This document shows positions 40,561 through 51,770 of a stretch of DNA of 64,000 nucleotides, piece after piece. The notes under the pieces are model-generated. The model did no database searches. It was not told where the DNA came from and saw nothing but the letters and a program-made list of their open reading frames with translations. Both the position numbers and the translations under genes were made by a program. The stretch spans positions 83,463 to 147,462 of the forward strand of contig JBFMHM010000003.1 of assembly GCA_040753015.1 (NCBI GenBank), in the 5' to 3' direction. Every line of letters starts with the position of its first letter. Position 1 is the first letter of the stretch. The stretch is from Candidatus Omnitrophota bacterium. Lineage in GTDB: Bacteria; Omnitrophota; Gorgyraeia; Gygaellales; JBFMHM01.

Positions 40561-41817
40561 CTATGTTCCCATTTCCCAGCTAGCCAAATATTTTTTTTGT
40601 TCGGCTGTTAAAACATCAATAGAAATACCTAGTGCTTTTAATTTAAGGCTTGCGATTTCTTCATCGATATCTTTTGGCACAGCATAAACCTTCTTTTCCA
40701 GTTTTTTATGATTTTTGGCAATAAATTCCGCTGACTTTGCCTGATTGGCAAATGACATATCCATAACACTAGCAGGATGCCCCTCGGCTGAAGCCAAATT
40801 TATTAACCTTCCTTCGCCAAGCAAATAAATTTTTCTTCCATCGGCTAGAATATATTCATCAACAAAATCACGTATTTGCCTTTTAGCTTTAGCTATTTTT
40901 TCAAGTGCTGGTATATCAATCTCAACATTAAAATGGCCTGAATTAGCTAATATTGCGCCATTTTTCATTACTTTAAAATGCTCTTCTCTAATTACATTAA
41001 TATCACCGGTTACCGTAACAAAAATATCACCAACTTTTGCTGCTTGTTTAAATGGCATTACTTCATAGCCATCCATATTTGCTTCAAGTGCTTTTAACGG
41101 GTCTATTTCGCAAACAATAACCTTGGCACCCATCCCTTTTGCGCGCATCGCAAGGCCTCTGCCACACCAACCATATCCAACTACAACAAAAGTTGACCCA
41201 CTCATTAAAATATTGGTTGCACGAAGTATACCATCAATTGTCGACTGTCCCGTGCCATAACGATTATCGAAAAAATGTTTTGTCTGGGCATCATTTACAG
41301 CGATAATTGGATAAGCTAGTTGTTTTTTTACCTCGAGCGCACGCAACCTTATCACGCCTGTAGTTGTTTCTTCTGTTCCACCAACAAGATGATTTAGTAA
41401 ATTTTTTCTCTCTTTATGCACAGTAGATACCAAATCTGCCCCATCATCCATAGTAATACAAGGTTTTATATCTAAGGCTGCATTTATATGATCATAATAA
41501 GTTTTATTATCTTCACCTTTAATTGCAAATACACTCATATCATAATCTTTCACTAAGGATGCGGCTACATCGTCTTGAGTTGACAACGGGTTTGATGCAC
41601 AAATGGTTAAATCTGCACCGCCTGCCTTTAAAGTTAAAGCAAGCACAGCGGTTTCTGTGGTAACATGCAAACAGCAAGCAACTTTATAACCATCTAGCGG
41701 CTTGCTCTTTTGAAACTGCTTACGAATCAAATTTAAAACCGGCATATTATTTGATGCCCATTCAATTCGCAATTTTCCCTTATTTGCTAACGATAGGTCT
41801 TTTATGTCGTAATTCAT
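40561..41817 (-). CDS. ahcY: Adenosylhomocysteinase
   Basis: [41 protein letters not shown]. Confidence 0.97.
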   Translation of the reverse strand: MNYDIKDLSLANKGKLRIEWASNNMPVLNLIRKQFQKSKPLDGYKVACCLHVTTETAVLALTLKAGGADLTICASNPLSTQDDVAASLVKDYDMSVFAIKGEDNKTYYDHINAALDIKPCITMDDGADLVSTVHKERKNLLNHLVGGTEETTTGVIRLRALEVKKQLAYPIIAVNDAQTKHFFDNRYGTGQSTIDGILRATNILMSGSTFVVVGYGWCGRGLAMRAKGMGAKVIVCEIDPLKALEANMDGYEVMPFKQAAKVGDIFVTVTGDINVIREEHFKVMKNGAILANSGHFNVEIDIPALEKIAKAKRQIRDFVDEYILADGRKIYLLGEGRLINLASAEGHPASVMDMSFANQAKSAEFIAKNHKKLEKKVYAVPKDIDEEIASLKLKALGISIDVLTAEQKKYLASWEMGT

Positions 41818-41818
41818 A

Positions 41819-42985
41819 TTATATCTTCCCTGCTTCTTTCTTTAAGGCAGCTGCCTTATCAGTTTTTTCCCAGCTAAATTCTTTTTCTTCCCTGCCAAAA
41901 TGCCCACCACAAGCAGTTTTTTGATAAATTGGCCTAAGCAAGTCTAATTCCTTGATTATGCCTTTCGGCGTTAAATCAAAATGTTTCCTGATTAATTTCT
42001 CAATTCTATCTTCAGGTAGCTTTGCTGTGCCAAATGTATCAACCATTACTGCCAAAGGATCAGCCCTGCCAATAACATATGCAAGCTGAATTAAGCATTT
42101 ATCAGCGAGCTTTGCTGCAACAATATTTTTTGCAACATAGCGGGCAACATATGCACCAGAACGGTCAACCTTTGTTGGGTCTTTACCAGAAAAAGCTCCA
42201 CCGCCATGAGGCACAACACCGCCATAAGTATCAACAACAATTTTTCTTCCGGTCATACCGGTATCTGACTGCGGCCCACCTACAACAAATTTTCCAGTTT
42301 CATTTACATAAAATTTTGTTTTTTTATCAATCCAATCGCCTAAAACCGGGCGGGCAATTACATCAACCAGCTCTTCACGCGCTTCTTTTGTAATTTTAAA
42401 ACCTGTGTTATCAAGAATTTTCTCTGTGTGTTGACAAGCTAAAACAACAGAATCAACTCTTGTTGGCTTGCCATCAACATACTCTACAGAAACCTGTGAT
42501 TTTCCGTCTGGACCAAGATACCTTAAAATCCCTTCTTTTCTAACTTTTGCCATTTTAATTATTAACTGATGCGCAAGGGTTATTGGAAGCGGCATTAAAT
42601 TATTTGTTTCATTGCAAGCAAACCCAAGCATTAACCCTTGATCACCTGCACCGCCAGTATCTACCCCTTGAGAAATATCTGAAGATTGTGTATGAATTGC
42701 ATTTATAATTGCAGCGGTCTCATAATTAAATCCATACACAGCATCAGTATAGCCAATATCTTTAATTACTTTTCGGCATAATTTATGCACATCAACAAAA
42801 CCTTTTGTTGTAATTTCACCACCAACAATCAATAAGCCCATCGTAACATATGTTTCGCAGGCAACACGGCCAAGTGGATCTTGTTTTAATATTTCATCTA
42901 AAACTGCATCTGAGACCTGATCGCACAATTTATCCGGATGCCCCTCTGCTACTGACTCTGATGTAATTAAACGCCTTTCTTTCAT
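41819..42985 (-). CDS. metK: S-adenosylmethionine synthetase
   Basis: [27 protein letters not shown]. Confidence 0.97.
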   Translation of the reverse strand: MKERRLITSESVAEGHPDKLCDQVSDAVLDEILKQDPLGRVACETYVTMGLLIVGGEITTKGFVDVHKLCRKVIKDIGYTDAVYGFNYETAAIINAIHTQSSDISQGVDTGGAGDQGLMLGFACNETNNLMPLPITLAHQLIIKMAKVRKEGILRYLGPDGKSQVSVEYVDGKPTRVDSVVLACQHTEKILDNTGFKITKEAREELVDVIARPVLGDWIDKKTKFYVNETGKFVVGGPQSDTGMTGRKIVVDTYGGVVPHGGGAFSGKDPTKVDRSGAYVARYVAKNIVAAKLADKCLIQLAYVIGRADPLAVMVDTFGTAKLPEDRIEKLIRKHFDLTPKGIIKELDLLRPIYQKTACGGHFGREEKEFSWEKTDKAAALKKEAGKI

Positions 42986-43728
42986 TTATTCCTCCCTATT
43001 AAAAAATTGTTGATTTCCTTATATGAATCAATATGTCCGATATCAAACCACTTTTTCTTAAAGATAAAACAGAAAACCTGATCTTCTTTATAAAGCCACT
43101 TAATAAAATTTCCTGATGCATCCCTAGAATGACCGCTTTCTGCAAATTCATTCAATAGACTCAACTTTTGTTTTGGAAAAAAATACAAACAGGTTGCTGC
43201 AAGAGTTGACTTAGGATTTTTTGGTTTCTCTTCAAAGTCAATAATTTTGTCTTTACTATCAACCTGCGCTATACCAAATCTATCTGCCATAACCTTATTT
43301 TTTATATCAAATGCACCAATAACCGGCTGCATTTTTTTTCTCTGGCAGAAATCTATAAACTTATTTAGAGGCTCTTCAAAGAAATTATCGCCACCCAAAA
43401 CTAGAATATCTTCATTAATTCGTGCTTTATCAATAACAAATAAAATATCCCCAACTGCACCAAGCCTATCTTCTGGCGAAGTTGTCCCATCATTAATTAT
43501 ATCAATTTTTTTACAAGCGCGATAAGATGCCTTCCAAGAACTAAAATCTTTAAAAAATTTATCATTAGTAATAATGATTATTTTATCAAGTTTTTTTGTT
43601 TTTTCGACTTTTTTAATTAAATAATTAATTAAAGGCTGACCGCCTACAGAAAGCAACGGCTTTGCAGTATCTTTTGTTAATGGATAAAGCCTTGTGCCAT
43701 AACCAGCTGCCAAAATTATCGCAATCAT
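42982..43728 (-). CDS. Sugar-phosphate nucleotidyltransferase
   Basis: [27 protein letters not shown]. Confidence 0.88.
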   Translation of the reverse strand: MIAIILAAGYGTRLYPLTKDTAKPLLSVGGQPLINYLIKKVEKTKKLDKIIIITNDKFFKDFSSWKASYRACKKIDIINDGTTSPEDRLGAVGDILFVIDKARINEDILVLGGDNFFEEPLNKFIDFCQRKKMQPVIGAFDIKNKVMADRFGIAQVDSKDKIIDFEEKPKNPKSTLAATCLYFFPKQKLSLLNEFAESGHSRDASGNFIKWLYKEDQVFCFIFKKKWFDIGHIDSYKEINNFLIGRNK

Positions 43729-44786
43729 TCTTTAGCTAATTCGTTTTTTAAAAAATCAATACGCTTGACAGGGGTTGGATCAATCTTGTTTAAAATTGCA
43801 AGATACAATGATATAAAATCGCCAATATATATTAAGGAACAAATTCTTGAAAGAAGCGACTCACCTTCTGAATTTATTTCAATTACTTTATGCGCCTCAT
43901 AAGACAAAATTCTTTTTGTGATTTCTATTCTTTTTAATACTCTTTCGTGCATAGATGAATCCCTTAGAATCAAAACTACAAAATTTTTTATAATTTTCTT
44001 AGGATTTTCCCAGCCAACAATTTCATTATGATTCATCTCTGGTATTAGCGCACTAGAAGAAAGACTTTTAGCATTCTCGGCAAGCTGACCACGAAAACGT
44101 GTAACCACTGCATCAAAATGTTCGTTCGCTGAATAAATCACAGTAAAACGGCCAACCATATCTAAGGCAATTCTTTTTGCCAAGTTATCCCTATTTTTTA
44201 CTTCAGGTGATAATTCCTTTTTTAAATTTTCCAGAACAGTTATTGTTTGATCCAAATCTAATTTTTTATCGCTAGTTAACCCTAAAGCAACAAACACCCC
44301 TAAAAGCGTAAAAAAAGTTAAAGGGAATGCTCCCCTTGGCGGATAACCAGGCTTAACCGAAATAAATGAAAAACCATCATTAAGCGCATATTCTTTCAAT
44401 TTACCACCCGAAGCAATAACAATAATATTTTTAGTTTTCTGTTTAGCTATATTATAAGTACTAATTGTCTCTTCAGTATTCCCTGAATAACTAATAATAA
44501 AAACTAATGTTTCGCTATCCACAAATTTTGGAATCGTATAATCACGATCTACAACCATTGGCAGGCTAATTTTATCTAGTAAAAAAGACCTAATCAAATC
44601 TGCTCCCTGCGCTGAACCCCCAAGCCCGCAAAAAATTATATTTTTTATACTATGAATTGAAATATCATTCTTAAATTTCAACCCATTTTCATACCCTTCT
44701 TTACAGAGCCCTGGAAAATCAAGAATAATCCCAAGCATATTACTTTTATCTAATTTTTTTATTGTGGATAAATTTAATTTAATCAT
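43725..44786 (-). CDS. Bifunctional phosphoglucose/phosphomannose isomerase (SIS)
   Basis: GLGGSA, SYSGNTEET, ENAK, PEMNHNE, DPTPV. Confidence 0.9.
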   Translation of the reverse strand: MIKLNLSTIKKLDKSNMLGIILDFPGLCKEGYENGLKFKNDISIHSIKNIIFCGLGGSAQGADLIRSFLLDKISLPMVVDRDYTIPKFVDSETLVFIISYSGNTEETISTYNIAKQKTKNIIVIASGGKLKEYALNDGFSFISVKPGYPPRGAFPLTFFTLLGVFVALGLTSDKKLDLDQTITVLENLKKELSPEVKNRDNLAKRIALDMVGRFTVIYSANEHFDAVVTRFRGQLAENAKSLSSSALIPEMNHNEIVGWENPKKIIKNFVVLILRDSSMHERVLKRIEITKRILSYEAHKVIEINSEGESLLSRICSLIYIGDFISLYLAILNKIDPTPVKRIDFLKNELAKE

Positions 44787-46515
44787 TTTTTAATAATTCA
44801 TTTAATTTACGCCTGCAAAATTCTTCGACTTCTTTGCCGCTTGAAAATTCCATTGCTTGTTCTACAATACTTTTAGCTTCATCAATAGTTATACTTCTAA
44901 TTATTTCTTTTATTTCAGGAATCAAAGCTGAAGGGATACTAAATTCATCGAGCCCAAGGCCTAAAAGCAAAAAACTATATGCCGGTTCCGCTGCCATCTC
45001 GCCACACATCCCAACTTTGATATTAGCGGTATGCCCTGCTTGAATTATATTTTTTATCATCCTCAACATTGCTGGATGCGCGGGTTCATAAAGATAGGCG
45101 ACTTTTTCATTAGTACGATCAACGGCTAAAGAATATTGTATAAGATCATTTGTCCCGATACTAAAAAAATCCGCCTCTTTAGCTAAAATATCAGCTGTTA
45201 ATGCTGCTGAAGGAACCTCGATCATTACTCCCACTTCTATATCCTTATTAAAAGAAATATTTTTAGACTTAAGTTCTTTTTTAACTTCATCTAATAAAAT
45301 GTTAGCCTGCCTAAGTTCTTCGATCCCTGAAATCATAGGATACATAAGCTTCAAATTACCAAAACTAGAAGCGCGTAAAATAGCGCGGAGTTGTGTTTTA
45401 AAAATATCCGGGCGGGCTAAACAAAAACGGATTGCTCTCCAACCTAAAAATGGAGACATATCAACAGGTACTTTCAATTGGGAAATGAATTTATCCCCGC
45501 CTAAATCTAGCGTTCTGATAATTACAGGATATGGCCTCATGCTTTGCGCAACGTATTTATACGCTTCAAAATGCTCTTCTTCAGTCGGCAAACCATCCCT
45601 ATTCATATAGAAAAATTCTGTTCTATATAAACCAATTCCTTCTGCACCGTGATCACGAATTGTAGGAATCTCATCCGGTAATTCAATATTTGCAACAATA
45701 TTGACTTTCTTAGAATCTTTCGTTACCGCAGGAAGCTTTCTTAAACTTAAATATTTTTTGCTTAAAAAATCTAATTTTTTTTCTTCTTTTTTATAGCTGG
45801 AAATTGTTTTTTCATCAGGATTTATAACAACAACGCCGGTTACCCCATCTACAATTAGAATATCACCATTTTTTATTTCTGAAGTTGCCTTCTCTAGCCC
45901 AACAACAGCAGGTATTTCTAAAGATTTAGCCATAATTGCAGTATGGGATGTCTTTGTTCCAATATCCGTCACAAATGCACTAACATTTCTTTTGTGCATT
46001 GCAGCTGTATCTGACGGAGAAAGATCATGCGCAACTAAAATGACTTCTTCTTTTATCTCATCTAAGTTAAGTTTTTTCTCGCCTAATAAATTACGCAATA
46101 CTCTTTTTCCAATATCCTTAATATCACTCACTCGCTCCTTAAGATATTCATCTTCAATCTTAGAAAATACCTGAACATATTTCTGTAAAACTAAAGAAAA
46201 AATATAGGCAATATGGCGTTGCTCTTTTTTAAGGCGGGTAATCACTTCTTCGATAAGAGTCCTATCCTCCAAAACAAGCAAATGTGCATCAAAAATACGT
46301 GCGCTATCTGTACCCATATCTTTTGCAATTTTATTTTGCAGGTCTATAATTTCTTGGCGCGTTTTAATTAGCGCTTCTTCGAAAAGTTGAATTTGACTTG
46401 GTATATCTTGTTTCCTAATCTTATCCTGCGGTAGGAGTAATTCTTCTTTGCCTAAAAGAAATGCCTTACCAATATGTATACCGCTGGCAGCTGCAATACC
46501 TTTTATTTTCTTCAC
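44779..46515 (-). CDS. ptsI: PTS enzyme I
   Basis: TSHTAI, GIGLYRTEF, FSIGTNDLIQY, MCGEMA; GTG start. Confidence 0.96.
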   Translation of the reverse strand: MKKIKGIAAASGIHIGKAFLLGKEELLLPQDKIRKQDIPSQIQLFEEALIKTRQEIIDLQNKIAKDMGTDSARIFDAHLLVLEDRTLIEEVITRLKKEQRHIAYIFSLVLQKYVQVFSKIEDEYLKERVSDIKDIGKRVLRNLLGEKKLNLDEIKEEVILVAHDLSPSDTAAMHKRNVSAFVTDIGTKTSHTAIMAKSLEIPAVVGLEKATSEIKNGDILIVDGVTGVVVINPDEKTISSYKKEEKKLDFLSKKYLSLRKLPAVTKDSKKVNIVANIELPDEIPTIRDHGAEGIGLYRTEFFYMNRDGLPTEEEHFEAYKYVAQSMRPYPVIIRTLDLGGDKFISQLKVPVDMSPFLGWRAIRFCLARPDIFKTQLRAILRASSFGNLKLMYPMISGIEELRQANILLDEVKKELKSKNISFNKDIEVGVMIEVPSAALTADILAKEADFFSIGTNDLIQYSLAVDRTNEKVAYLYEPAHPAMLRMIKNIIQAGHTANIKVGMCGEMAAEPAYSFLLLGLGLDEFSIPSALIPEIKEIIRSITIDEAKSIVEQAMEFSSGKEVEEFCRRKLNELLKND

Positions 46516-46784
46516 AATGCTTCCTCTTTAGTCACAAGTTCTTCCAACTCATTAATAGCACCCTCTGCATCACTACCCTGGGCAATAATAAGTATCTCGT
46601 GGCCTGATTCAACAGCAAGCATAAGAATACCCATAATTGACTTACCGTTAACCTTTTGATCGCCTTTTTCAACAATAATATTCGAATCATATTTATTTGC
46701 AATCTGGACGAATAACGCCGCAGGCCGCGCATGAAGCCCAAGTTTATTTTTTACAGTAACCTTTTTCTTTATAACTGGTGACAT
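46512..46784 (-). CDS. ptsH: Phosphocarrier HPr
   Basis: GLHARPA and NGKSIMG. Confidence 0.95.
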   Translation of the reverse strand: MSPVIKKKVTVKNKLGLHARPAALFVQIANKYDSNIIVEKGDQKVNGKSIMGILMLAVESGHEILIIAQGSDAEGAINELEELVTKEEAL

Positions 46785-48008
46785 TTAAGCCTTCTCTTCG
46801 ATCAGACTAATTATAATTCTTGCTAATTTTTTTGTATCATGACGAATAAAATCTTTGGTCGAAATAATATCATCGCTAATAAATTTATAACCTAAAGATT
46901 TAATTTTATTTATATCGGCCTCTACAGGAAAAGAATTATCCTTACTATATTTATCTAATAATTCTTTTGATATTAATTTTGTATTTAGAATACAATATCC
47001 AATTATTTTTGGATGACTATGCTCAATAATAGCTCTAATATGGTCTGATGCCTTATAATTTGCAGTCTCTCCAGCCTGAGTCATTGCATTACAAACATAA
47101 ATTTTTAATGCTTTCGATTCAATAATTGCTTGGCTAATATTCTTAACTAATAAATTAGGAATTATGCTTGTATATAGGCTTCCCGGCCCAAGTACAATTG
47201 CTTCTGCTTCCATTATCGCACGTAATGTTTCAGGAGGCGCGACAGGATTACTAGGCTTTAAACTTACTCTCTTAATAGGAGAATCCTTAAAACGAAAGTT
47301 ACTTTCCCCTTCTAGAAAAGAACCATCATAATACTCGGCAACTAAAGTAATTTTTTCTAAAGTTGACGGAATAACCTGACCCCTAATCGCTAGTACCTGA
47401 CTAGATTCCTTAATCGCCTTTTCAAAATCCCCAGTAACCTTTGTCATTGCTGTTAAAAATAAATTCCCAAAGCTGTGCCCCGAAAGCGCAGAGTCAGATT
47501 CAAAACGAAATTGAAATAAATCCTGCATCAATGATTCTCTATCAGCCAAAGCAACTAAGCAATTACGGATATCACCCGGAGGAAGAACATCGAATTCTTT
47601 TCTTAAACGCCCAGAAGAACCGCCGTCATCAGCCACAGTAACAATTGCAGTTATGTTTGAAGTATATTGTTTTAAACCATGCAGCATAGTTGAAAGGCCC
47701 GTTCCTCCACCAATTACAACAATCCTCGGACCGCGTTCTAAATGCCTTTTTTGATAAACAATATCTACTAAGTTATCTTTATGCGGCACAAACACTGTGA
47801 CAATTGACACAAAGGCTTTGCGCCCAGAAATAATTATCAAAAAACAGCCGAAAAGCAATGTAGCTATATTAATAAAAGAATTATTAAAATACTTGTATTC
47901 GGTAATTTGATTTACGATTGCGCCAACTACAATCAAAATACCTAAACCGGCTAACCCAATCCAACGTTTAACCCCCATACCAGGGTATAACCATTTCAGT
48001 ATACGCAT
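46785..48008 (-). CDS. yvcK: YvcK/CofD-family gluconeogenesis factor with N-terminal TM segments
   Basis: IGGGTGLS, ADDGGSSGRLR, PPGDIRN, GPGSLYTS. Confidence 0.9.
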   Translation of the reverse strand: MRILKWLYPGMGVKRWIGLAGLGILIVVGAIVNQITEYKYFNNSFINIATLLFGCFLIIISGRKAFVSIVTVFVPHKDNLVDIVYQKRHLERGPRIVVIGGGTGLSTMLHGLKQYTSNITAIVTVADDGGSSGRLRKEFDVLPPGDIRNCLVALADRESLMQDLFQFRFESDSALSGHSFGNLFLTAMTKVTGDFEKAIKESSQVLAIRGQVIPSTLEKITLVAEYYDGSFLEGESNFRFKDSPIKRVSLKPSNPVAPPETLRAIMEAEAIVLGPGSLYTSIIPNLLVKNISQAIIESKALKIYVCNAMTQAGETANYKASDHIRAIIEHSHPKIIGYCILNTKLISKELLDKYSKDNSFPVEADINKIKSLGYKFISDDIISTKDFIRHDTKKLARIIISLIEEKA

Positions 48009-48011
48009 ATA

Positions 48012-48482
48012 CTAAATCTTTTTTTCGTCTTCGGCGGATATAATCTTTAAAGCGGTTTTTACATCTTTTATTTGACGAAGGCTTTCGCGAAAATATTTAT
48101 CTTTTAAAAGCCTTGAAATCCTTGCGAGCGCTTTTAAATGTGGGCCAGCGCTTTCCTGAGGAGCAAGCAATAGAAAAAATATATAGGCAGGTTCTCCATC
48201 TAAAGAATCAAAATCTACGCCTTTTTGAGAAACGCCAAAAGCACCAATAAGTTTTTCAACACAATCCGCTTTAGCATGCGGTATAGCAACGCCTTGGCCG
48301 ATTGCAGTAGAACCAAGCTTCTCTCTATTCATTAGAAGCTCGGTAATCTTTACACGATATTTTTTATCAATTTCTCCGCTATTGATTAAAAGATCTACCA
48401 GTTCTTTAATTACTTCTTCTTTTTTTATACCTTTTATATCAACGCTTATTGCTTTTTTAGACAGAAAATCCATTATTTGCAT
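48012..48482 (-). CDS. ptsN: PTS EIIA (Ntr/fructose-type)
   Basis: REKLGSTAIGQGVAIPHAK, HLKALARISR. Confidence 0.88.
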   Translation of the reverse strand: MQIMDFLSKKAISVDIKGIKKEEVIKELVDLLINSGEIDKKYRVKITELLMNREKLGSTAIGQGVAIPHAKADCVEKLIGAFGVSQKGVDFDSLDGEPAYIFFLLLAPQESAGPHLKALARISRLLKDKYFRESLRQIKDVKTALKIISAEDEKKI

Positions 48483-48504
48483 ACAAACTCCTCCTAAATA
48501 TAAG

Positions 48505-48577
48505 AGCGGGAGACGGGATTTGAACCCGCGACATCGACCTTGGCAAGGTCGCGCTCTACCAACTGAGCCACTCCCGC
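48505..48577 (-). tRNA. tRNA-Gly(GCC)
   Basis: gcgggagtggctcagttggtagagc...ttGCCaa...ttcaaat...; full CCA not encoded. Confidence 0.95.
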
Positions 48578-48584
48578 ATTAAAA

Positions 48585-48665
48585 CAGATTAAAGAATTAA
48601 AATCTAAGAACTAAGAAAAAAACAATAGGTCTTATTTCTTAAATCTTAGCTCTTAGTTCTGGTTT
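48585..48665. repeat. Heptamer-periodic inverted repeat (TAAGA type), copy 1, in tRNA spacer
   Basis: cagattaaagaattaaaatctaagaactaagaa...ttcttaaatcttagctcttagttctggttt. Confidence 0.75.
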
Positions 48666-48667
48666 AC

Positions 48668-48749
48668 TGGGCGGAAGAGGATTTGAACCTCCAAGGGTTA
48701 CCCCAGTAGCTCCTAAGGCTACCGCGTATGCCAATTCCGCCATCCGCCC
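48668..48749 (-). tRNA. tRNA-Leu(TAG)
   Basis: gggcggatggcggaattggcatacgc-gtagc ctTAGga gctac, long variable arm, ttcaaat T-loop. Confidence 0.93.
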
Positions 48750-48757
48750 CAATAAGG

Positions 48758-48871
48758 CAGATTAAAGATCAAAGAATTAAGAATTAAGAAAAACTAAAAA
48801 ATCACACTCAAAAATAAATTTTTGGTTTTGTTCTTTCTTAATTCTTACCTCTTACCTCTTAATTCTGATTT
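48758..48871. repeat. Heptamer-periodic inverted repeat (TAAGA type), copy 2, in tRNA spacer
   Basis: cagattaaagatcaaagaattaagaattaagaa...ttcttaattcttacctcttacctcttaattctgattt. Confidence 0.75.
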
Positions 48872-48873
48872 AA

Positions 48874-48946
48874 TGAGCCGCCCGCGATTCGAACGCGGCA
48901 CACCCACATTAAAAGTGTGGTGCTCTACCAAATGAGCTAGCGGCCC
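48874..48946 (-). tRNA. tRNA-Lys(TTT)
   Basis: gggccgctagctcatttggtagagca-ccaca ctTTTaa tgtgg...ttcgaat...cggctca. Confidence 0.93.
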
Positions 48947-48998
48947 AAAATAACTAAATTTACATATTCTCACCTAAGCTAACTACTACACTAGACTA

Positions 48999-49048
48999 AC
49001 CAAATGTCCGCCAAAGGCGGATCAGCCTCTGGCTGAAGCTAGCGGCCC
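48999..49048 (-). pseudogene. Duplicated 5' 20 nt of tRNA-Lys, interrupted by the twin-hairpin element
   Basis: accaaatg + 30-bp insert + agctagcggccc; without the insert it equals 48927-48946. Confidence 0.8.
49007..49036. mobile_element. 30-bp twin-hairpin element, copy 3
   Basis: tccgcc-aaa-ggcgga + tcagcc-tct-ggctga. Confidence 0.88.
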
Positions 49049-49065
49049 GAAATATTTTAAAATAG

Positions 49066-49623
49066 CTATTGAATTAATTCTTTCTCTTTTTCTTTTAGAA
49101 TTAAATCAATTTTTTCTATATATCTATCGGTAATTTTCTGAATTTGCTCTTGTGATTTGAAACGATCATCTTCAGAAATAACTTTATCATTTTCTAATTT
49201 TTTAATCGCCTCATTAGCATCGCGACGAATTGTACGTAATGAAATCCTTCCTTCTTCTGCCATCTCCTTAACCATTTTTGCTAATTCTTGGCGCCTTTCT
49301 TTAGAAAGTTGAGGAAAACTTAAACGAATAATCTTGCCATCATTATTAGGAGTAACTCCTAAATTAGATTCAAGCATAACTTTCTCAATCTCCCCAATTG
49401 CTGAAGCATCCCAAGGTTGAATTACAAGTAGTGCTGCATCAGGCATAGAAATAGCAGCAAGCTGTTTCAAAAGTGTTGGGGTGCCGTAATAATTTATCCG
49501 CATGCCTTCAACTAGAGCAGGGTTTGCCCGGCCGGTTCTCACTTCTAAAAACTCTCTTTTAACTGATTCGATAACCTTATCCATCTTTACTTGAGTCTCG
49601 GTAACAATATCTTTTACTGTCAT
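49066..49623 (-). CDS. frr: Ribosome recycling factor
   Basis: VRTGRANP, YYG, PQLSKERR; ATG 49623 with GAGG SD. Confidence 0.95.
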   Translation of the reverse strand: MTVKDIVTETQVKMDKVIESVKREFLEVRTGRANPALVEGMRINYYGTPTLLKQLAAISMPDAALLVIQPWDASAIGEIEKVMLESNLGVTPNNDGKIIRLSFPQLSKERRQELAKMVKEMAEEGRISLRTIRRDANEAIKKLENDKVISEDDRFKSQEQIQKITDRYIEKIDLILKEKEKELIQ

Positions 49624-49633
49624 TTCATCACCT

Positions 49634-50353
49634 CTAATTAACAACTGTCCCTAGCTTTTGGCCCATTATTACTTTTTTAATATTTCCTTCGACCTTTAAA
49701 TTAAAAACGATTATTGGAAGCTTATTATCCATACAAAGGCTAACAGCTGTTGCATCCATAACCTTAAGGCCCTTCTTTAATACATCTATATATTTTAGCG
49801 ACTTCAATAACTTTGCATCTTTATTACAAACTGGATCACTAGAATAAACACCATCTACTTTAGTCGCTTTCAATATCACATCAGCATTTATTTCCATCGC
49901 ACGAAGCGCTGCCGTTGTATCAGTTGTAAAATAAGGGTTACCGGTACCTGCAACAAATATAACAATGCGCCCTTTCTCGAGATGCCTTATTGCCCTCCTT
50001 CTAATATAGGGTTCGGCAATCCTATTCATATCGATTGCGGTTAAAACGCGTGTAGGCATATTCATTTTCTCAAAGACATTCTGCAAAGCAAGCCCATTTA
50101 TCACAGTTGCAAGCATACCCATATAGTCTGCAACTGCCCTGTCCATGCCAAATTTTAAAGATTTATCCTGGCCCCTGAATATATTACCACCGCCTAATAC
50201 TACAGCAATTTCAACCCCTAATTCTTTTACTTCTCTAACCTGACGAGCGATTGTTTCTAAAATATCTGGATCAATACCATGGCGCTCTTTACCTTGCAGA
50301 GCCTCACCGCTTACCTTTAAGACAACCCGCTTATATTTTGGTTTTTTTATCAT
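49634..50353 (-). CDS. pyrH: UMP kinase
   Basis: [31 protein letters not shown]. Confidence 0.97.
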   Translation of the reverse strand: MIKKPKYKRVVLKVSGEALQGKERHGIDPDILETIARQVREVKELGVEIAVVLGGGNIFRGQDKSLKFGMDRAVADYMGMLATVINGLALQNVFEKMNMPTRVLTAIDMNRIAEPYIRRRAIRHLEKGRIVIFVAGTGNPYFTTDTTAALRAMEINADVILKATKVDGVYSSDPVCNKDAKLLKSLKYIDVLKKGLKVMDATAVSLCMDNKLPIIVFNLKVEGNIKKVIMGQKLGTVVN

Positions 50354-50880
50354 TATTCGCCAAGTTTAAACCTAGTAAATCTCTTGATAATGATGTTCTC
50401 TCCGAATTTAGCTATTAACGAATTACGGTAATCTTCTATTGTTAAAGATGGGTCCTTAATAAAAGGCTGGCGAAGTAAACAATTTTCTTTAATAAATAGC
50501 TCTTTGTCCTGTCCGGATAATTCTGATAGCTTATCTCCCGGAATATCTATATCAGATATGTACTTAGGATTAGTTGCCGCAATTTGCATTGCAACATCTC
50601 TAGAAAATTTGCAAAACTCTTCATTCCGCGCAACAAAATCCGTCTGAGAATTAACTTCAACTAAAACTCCAATCTTATTTCCTAAATGAATATAAGCCTC
50701 AATTCTGCCATCCGAAGCTTCCTTATTACTCTTTTTTGCTACAACCTCAAGGCCTTTCTTCCGTAAAAATTCTTTTGCTTTCTTTATATCTCCCTGACAG
50801 GATTCCAGCGCCTTCTTACAATCAGAAAACCCTGCAGAGGTATCTTCCCTTAATTGTTTTATTAAATCAGCTAATTCCAT
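50353..50880 (-). CDS. tsf: Elongation factor Ts (short form)
   Basis: [24 protein letters not shown]; between rpsB and pyrH. Confidence 0.93.
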   Translation of the reverse strand: MELADLIKQLREDTSAGFSDCKKALESCQGDIKKAKEFLRKKGLEVVAKKSNKEASDGRIEAYIHLGNKIGVLVEVNSQTDFVARNEEFCKFSRDVAMQIAATNPKYISDIDIPGDKLSELSGQDKELFIKENCLLRQPFIKDPSLTIEDYRNSLIAKFGENIIIKRFTRFKLGE

Positions 50881-50894
50881 TCTTACCACCTTTA

Positions 50895-51761
50895 TTATTT
50901 TTTAGACTCTTTAGCGGTTGTTTTTGCTTTTAATTTAACCTTTGTTCTTTTTTGCGGCTCTTCTTTTGAAGTTTTCTCCAAGACCTCTTCTACAACCTCA
51001 TTAACAATCTTTTCTTCATCTTTTGCCTTTAAAATAACGCCTTCAGACTCTTTTTTAGACTCAGCAAGATAAGAAAGAAAATCTTTTCTACCTTCAAGAA
51101 TACTATCGCTAATTAATGATGTGATTAATTTAATCGATTTTATAGCATCGTCATTGCCAGGAATAGGATAATTAACATCCTCGGGGTTACAATTTGTATC
51201 AATTAAAGCAACTATTGGTATATCTAAACGCTTCGCTTCTTTAATAGCTGTTTGTTCTTTTTTAGGATCAACGACAAAGATACATCCCGGTAAATTAGTC
51301 ATTTCCCTTATACCCCAAAGACTTTTTTTAAGACGAGAAAGCTCTTTTTCGATGCCTGCTTCTTCTTTCTTAGTAAATTTTTCAATTTCACCGCTTTCTT
51401 GCATCTCTTGTATTTCTTTTAATCTTTTAGTTCTTTTCTTTATAGTTTGAAAATTAGTCAGTAAACCACCTAGCCATCTCTCATTAACATAATACATGCC
51501 ACAACGCTCAGCTTCTTCTTTAATTATACTCTGGGCCTGTTTTTTAGTACCCACAAACATTATCATTTCACCTTTTTTTGCCATTTCTTTTAAGAAATCA
51601 CGCGCTTTGTTCAAGCAATCAACAGTTTTTTCCAAATCAATGATATAAACACCCATACGTTCACCAAAAATAAACTGTTTCATCTTTGGATTCCAACGTT
51701 TGGATTGATGGCCAAAATGTACACCTGCTTCTAAAAGTTGTTTAATAAGCTCGTTAACCAA
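50895..51761 (-). CDS. rpsB: 30S ribosomal protein S2
   Basis: LLEAGVHFGHQ, RWLGGLLTN, IPGNDDA; TTG start after AAGGAGG. Confidence 0.97.
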   Translation of the reverse strand: MVNELIKQLLEAGVHFGHQSKRWNPKMKQFIFGERMGVYIIDLEKTVDCLNKARDFLKEMAKKGEMIMFVGTKKQAQSIIKEEAERCGMYYVNERWLGGLLTNFQTIKKRTKRLKEIQEMQESGEIEKFTKKEEAGIEKELSRLKKSLWGIREMTNLPGCIFVVDPKKEQTAIKEAKRLDIPIVALIDTNCNPEDVNYPIPGNDDAIKSIKLITSLISDSILEGRKDFLSYLAESKKESEGVILKAKDEEKIVNEVVEEVLEKTSKEEPQKRTKVKLKAKTTAKESKK

Positions 51762-51770
51762 TTTTTATTC

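Noticed and set aside
48581-48871. CRISPR array suggested by repeats around the tRNAs and at 26761-26878
   Set aside because: Units are 7-nt periodic and inverted, with no constant repeat plus unique spacers and no cas genes.
50353-50880. Truncated tsf (and short dprA) as pseudogenes
   Set aside because: Short EF-Ts and core-only DprA forms are known; both frames are intact and tightly coupled to their neighbours.
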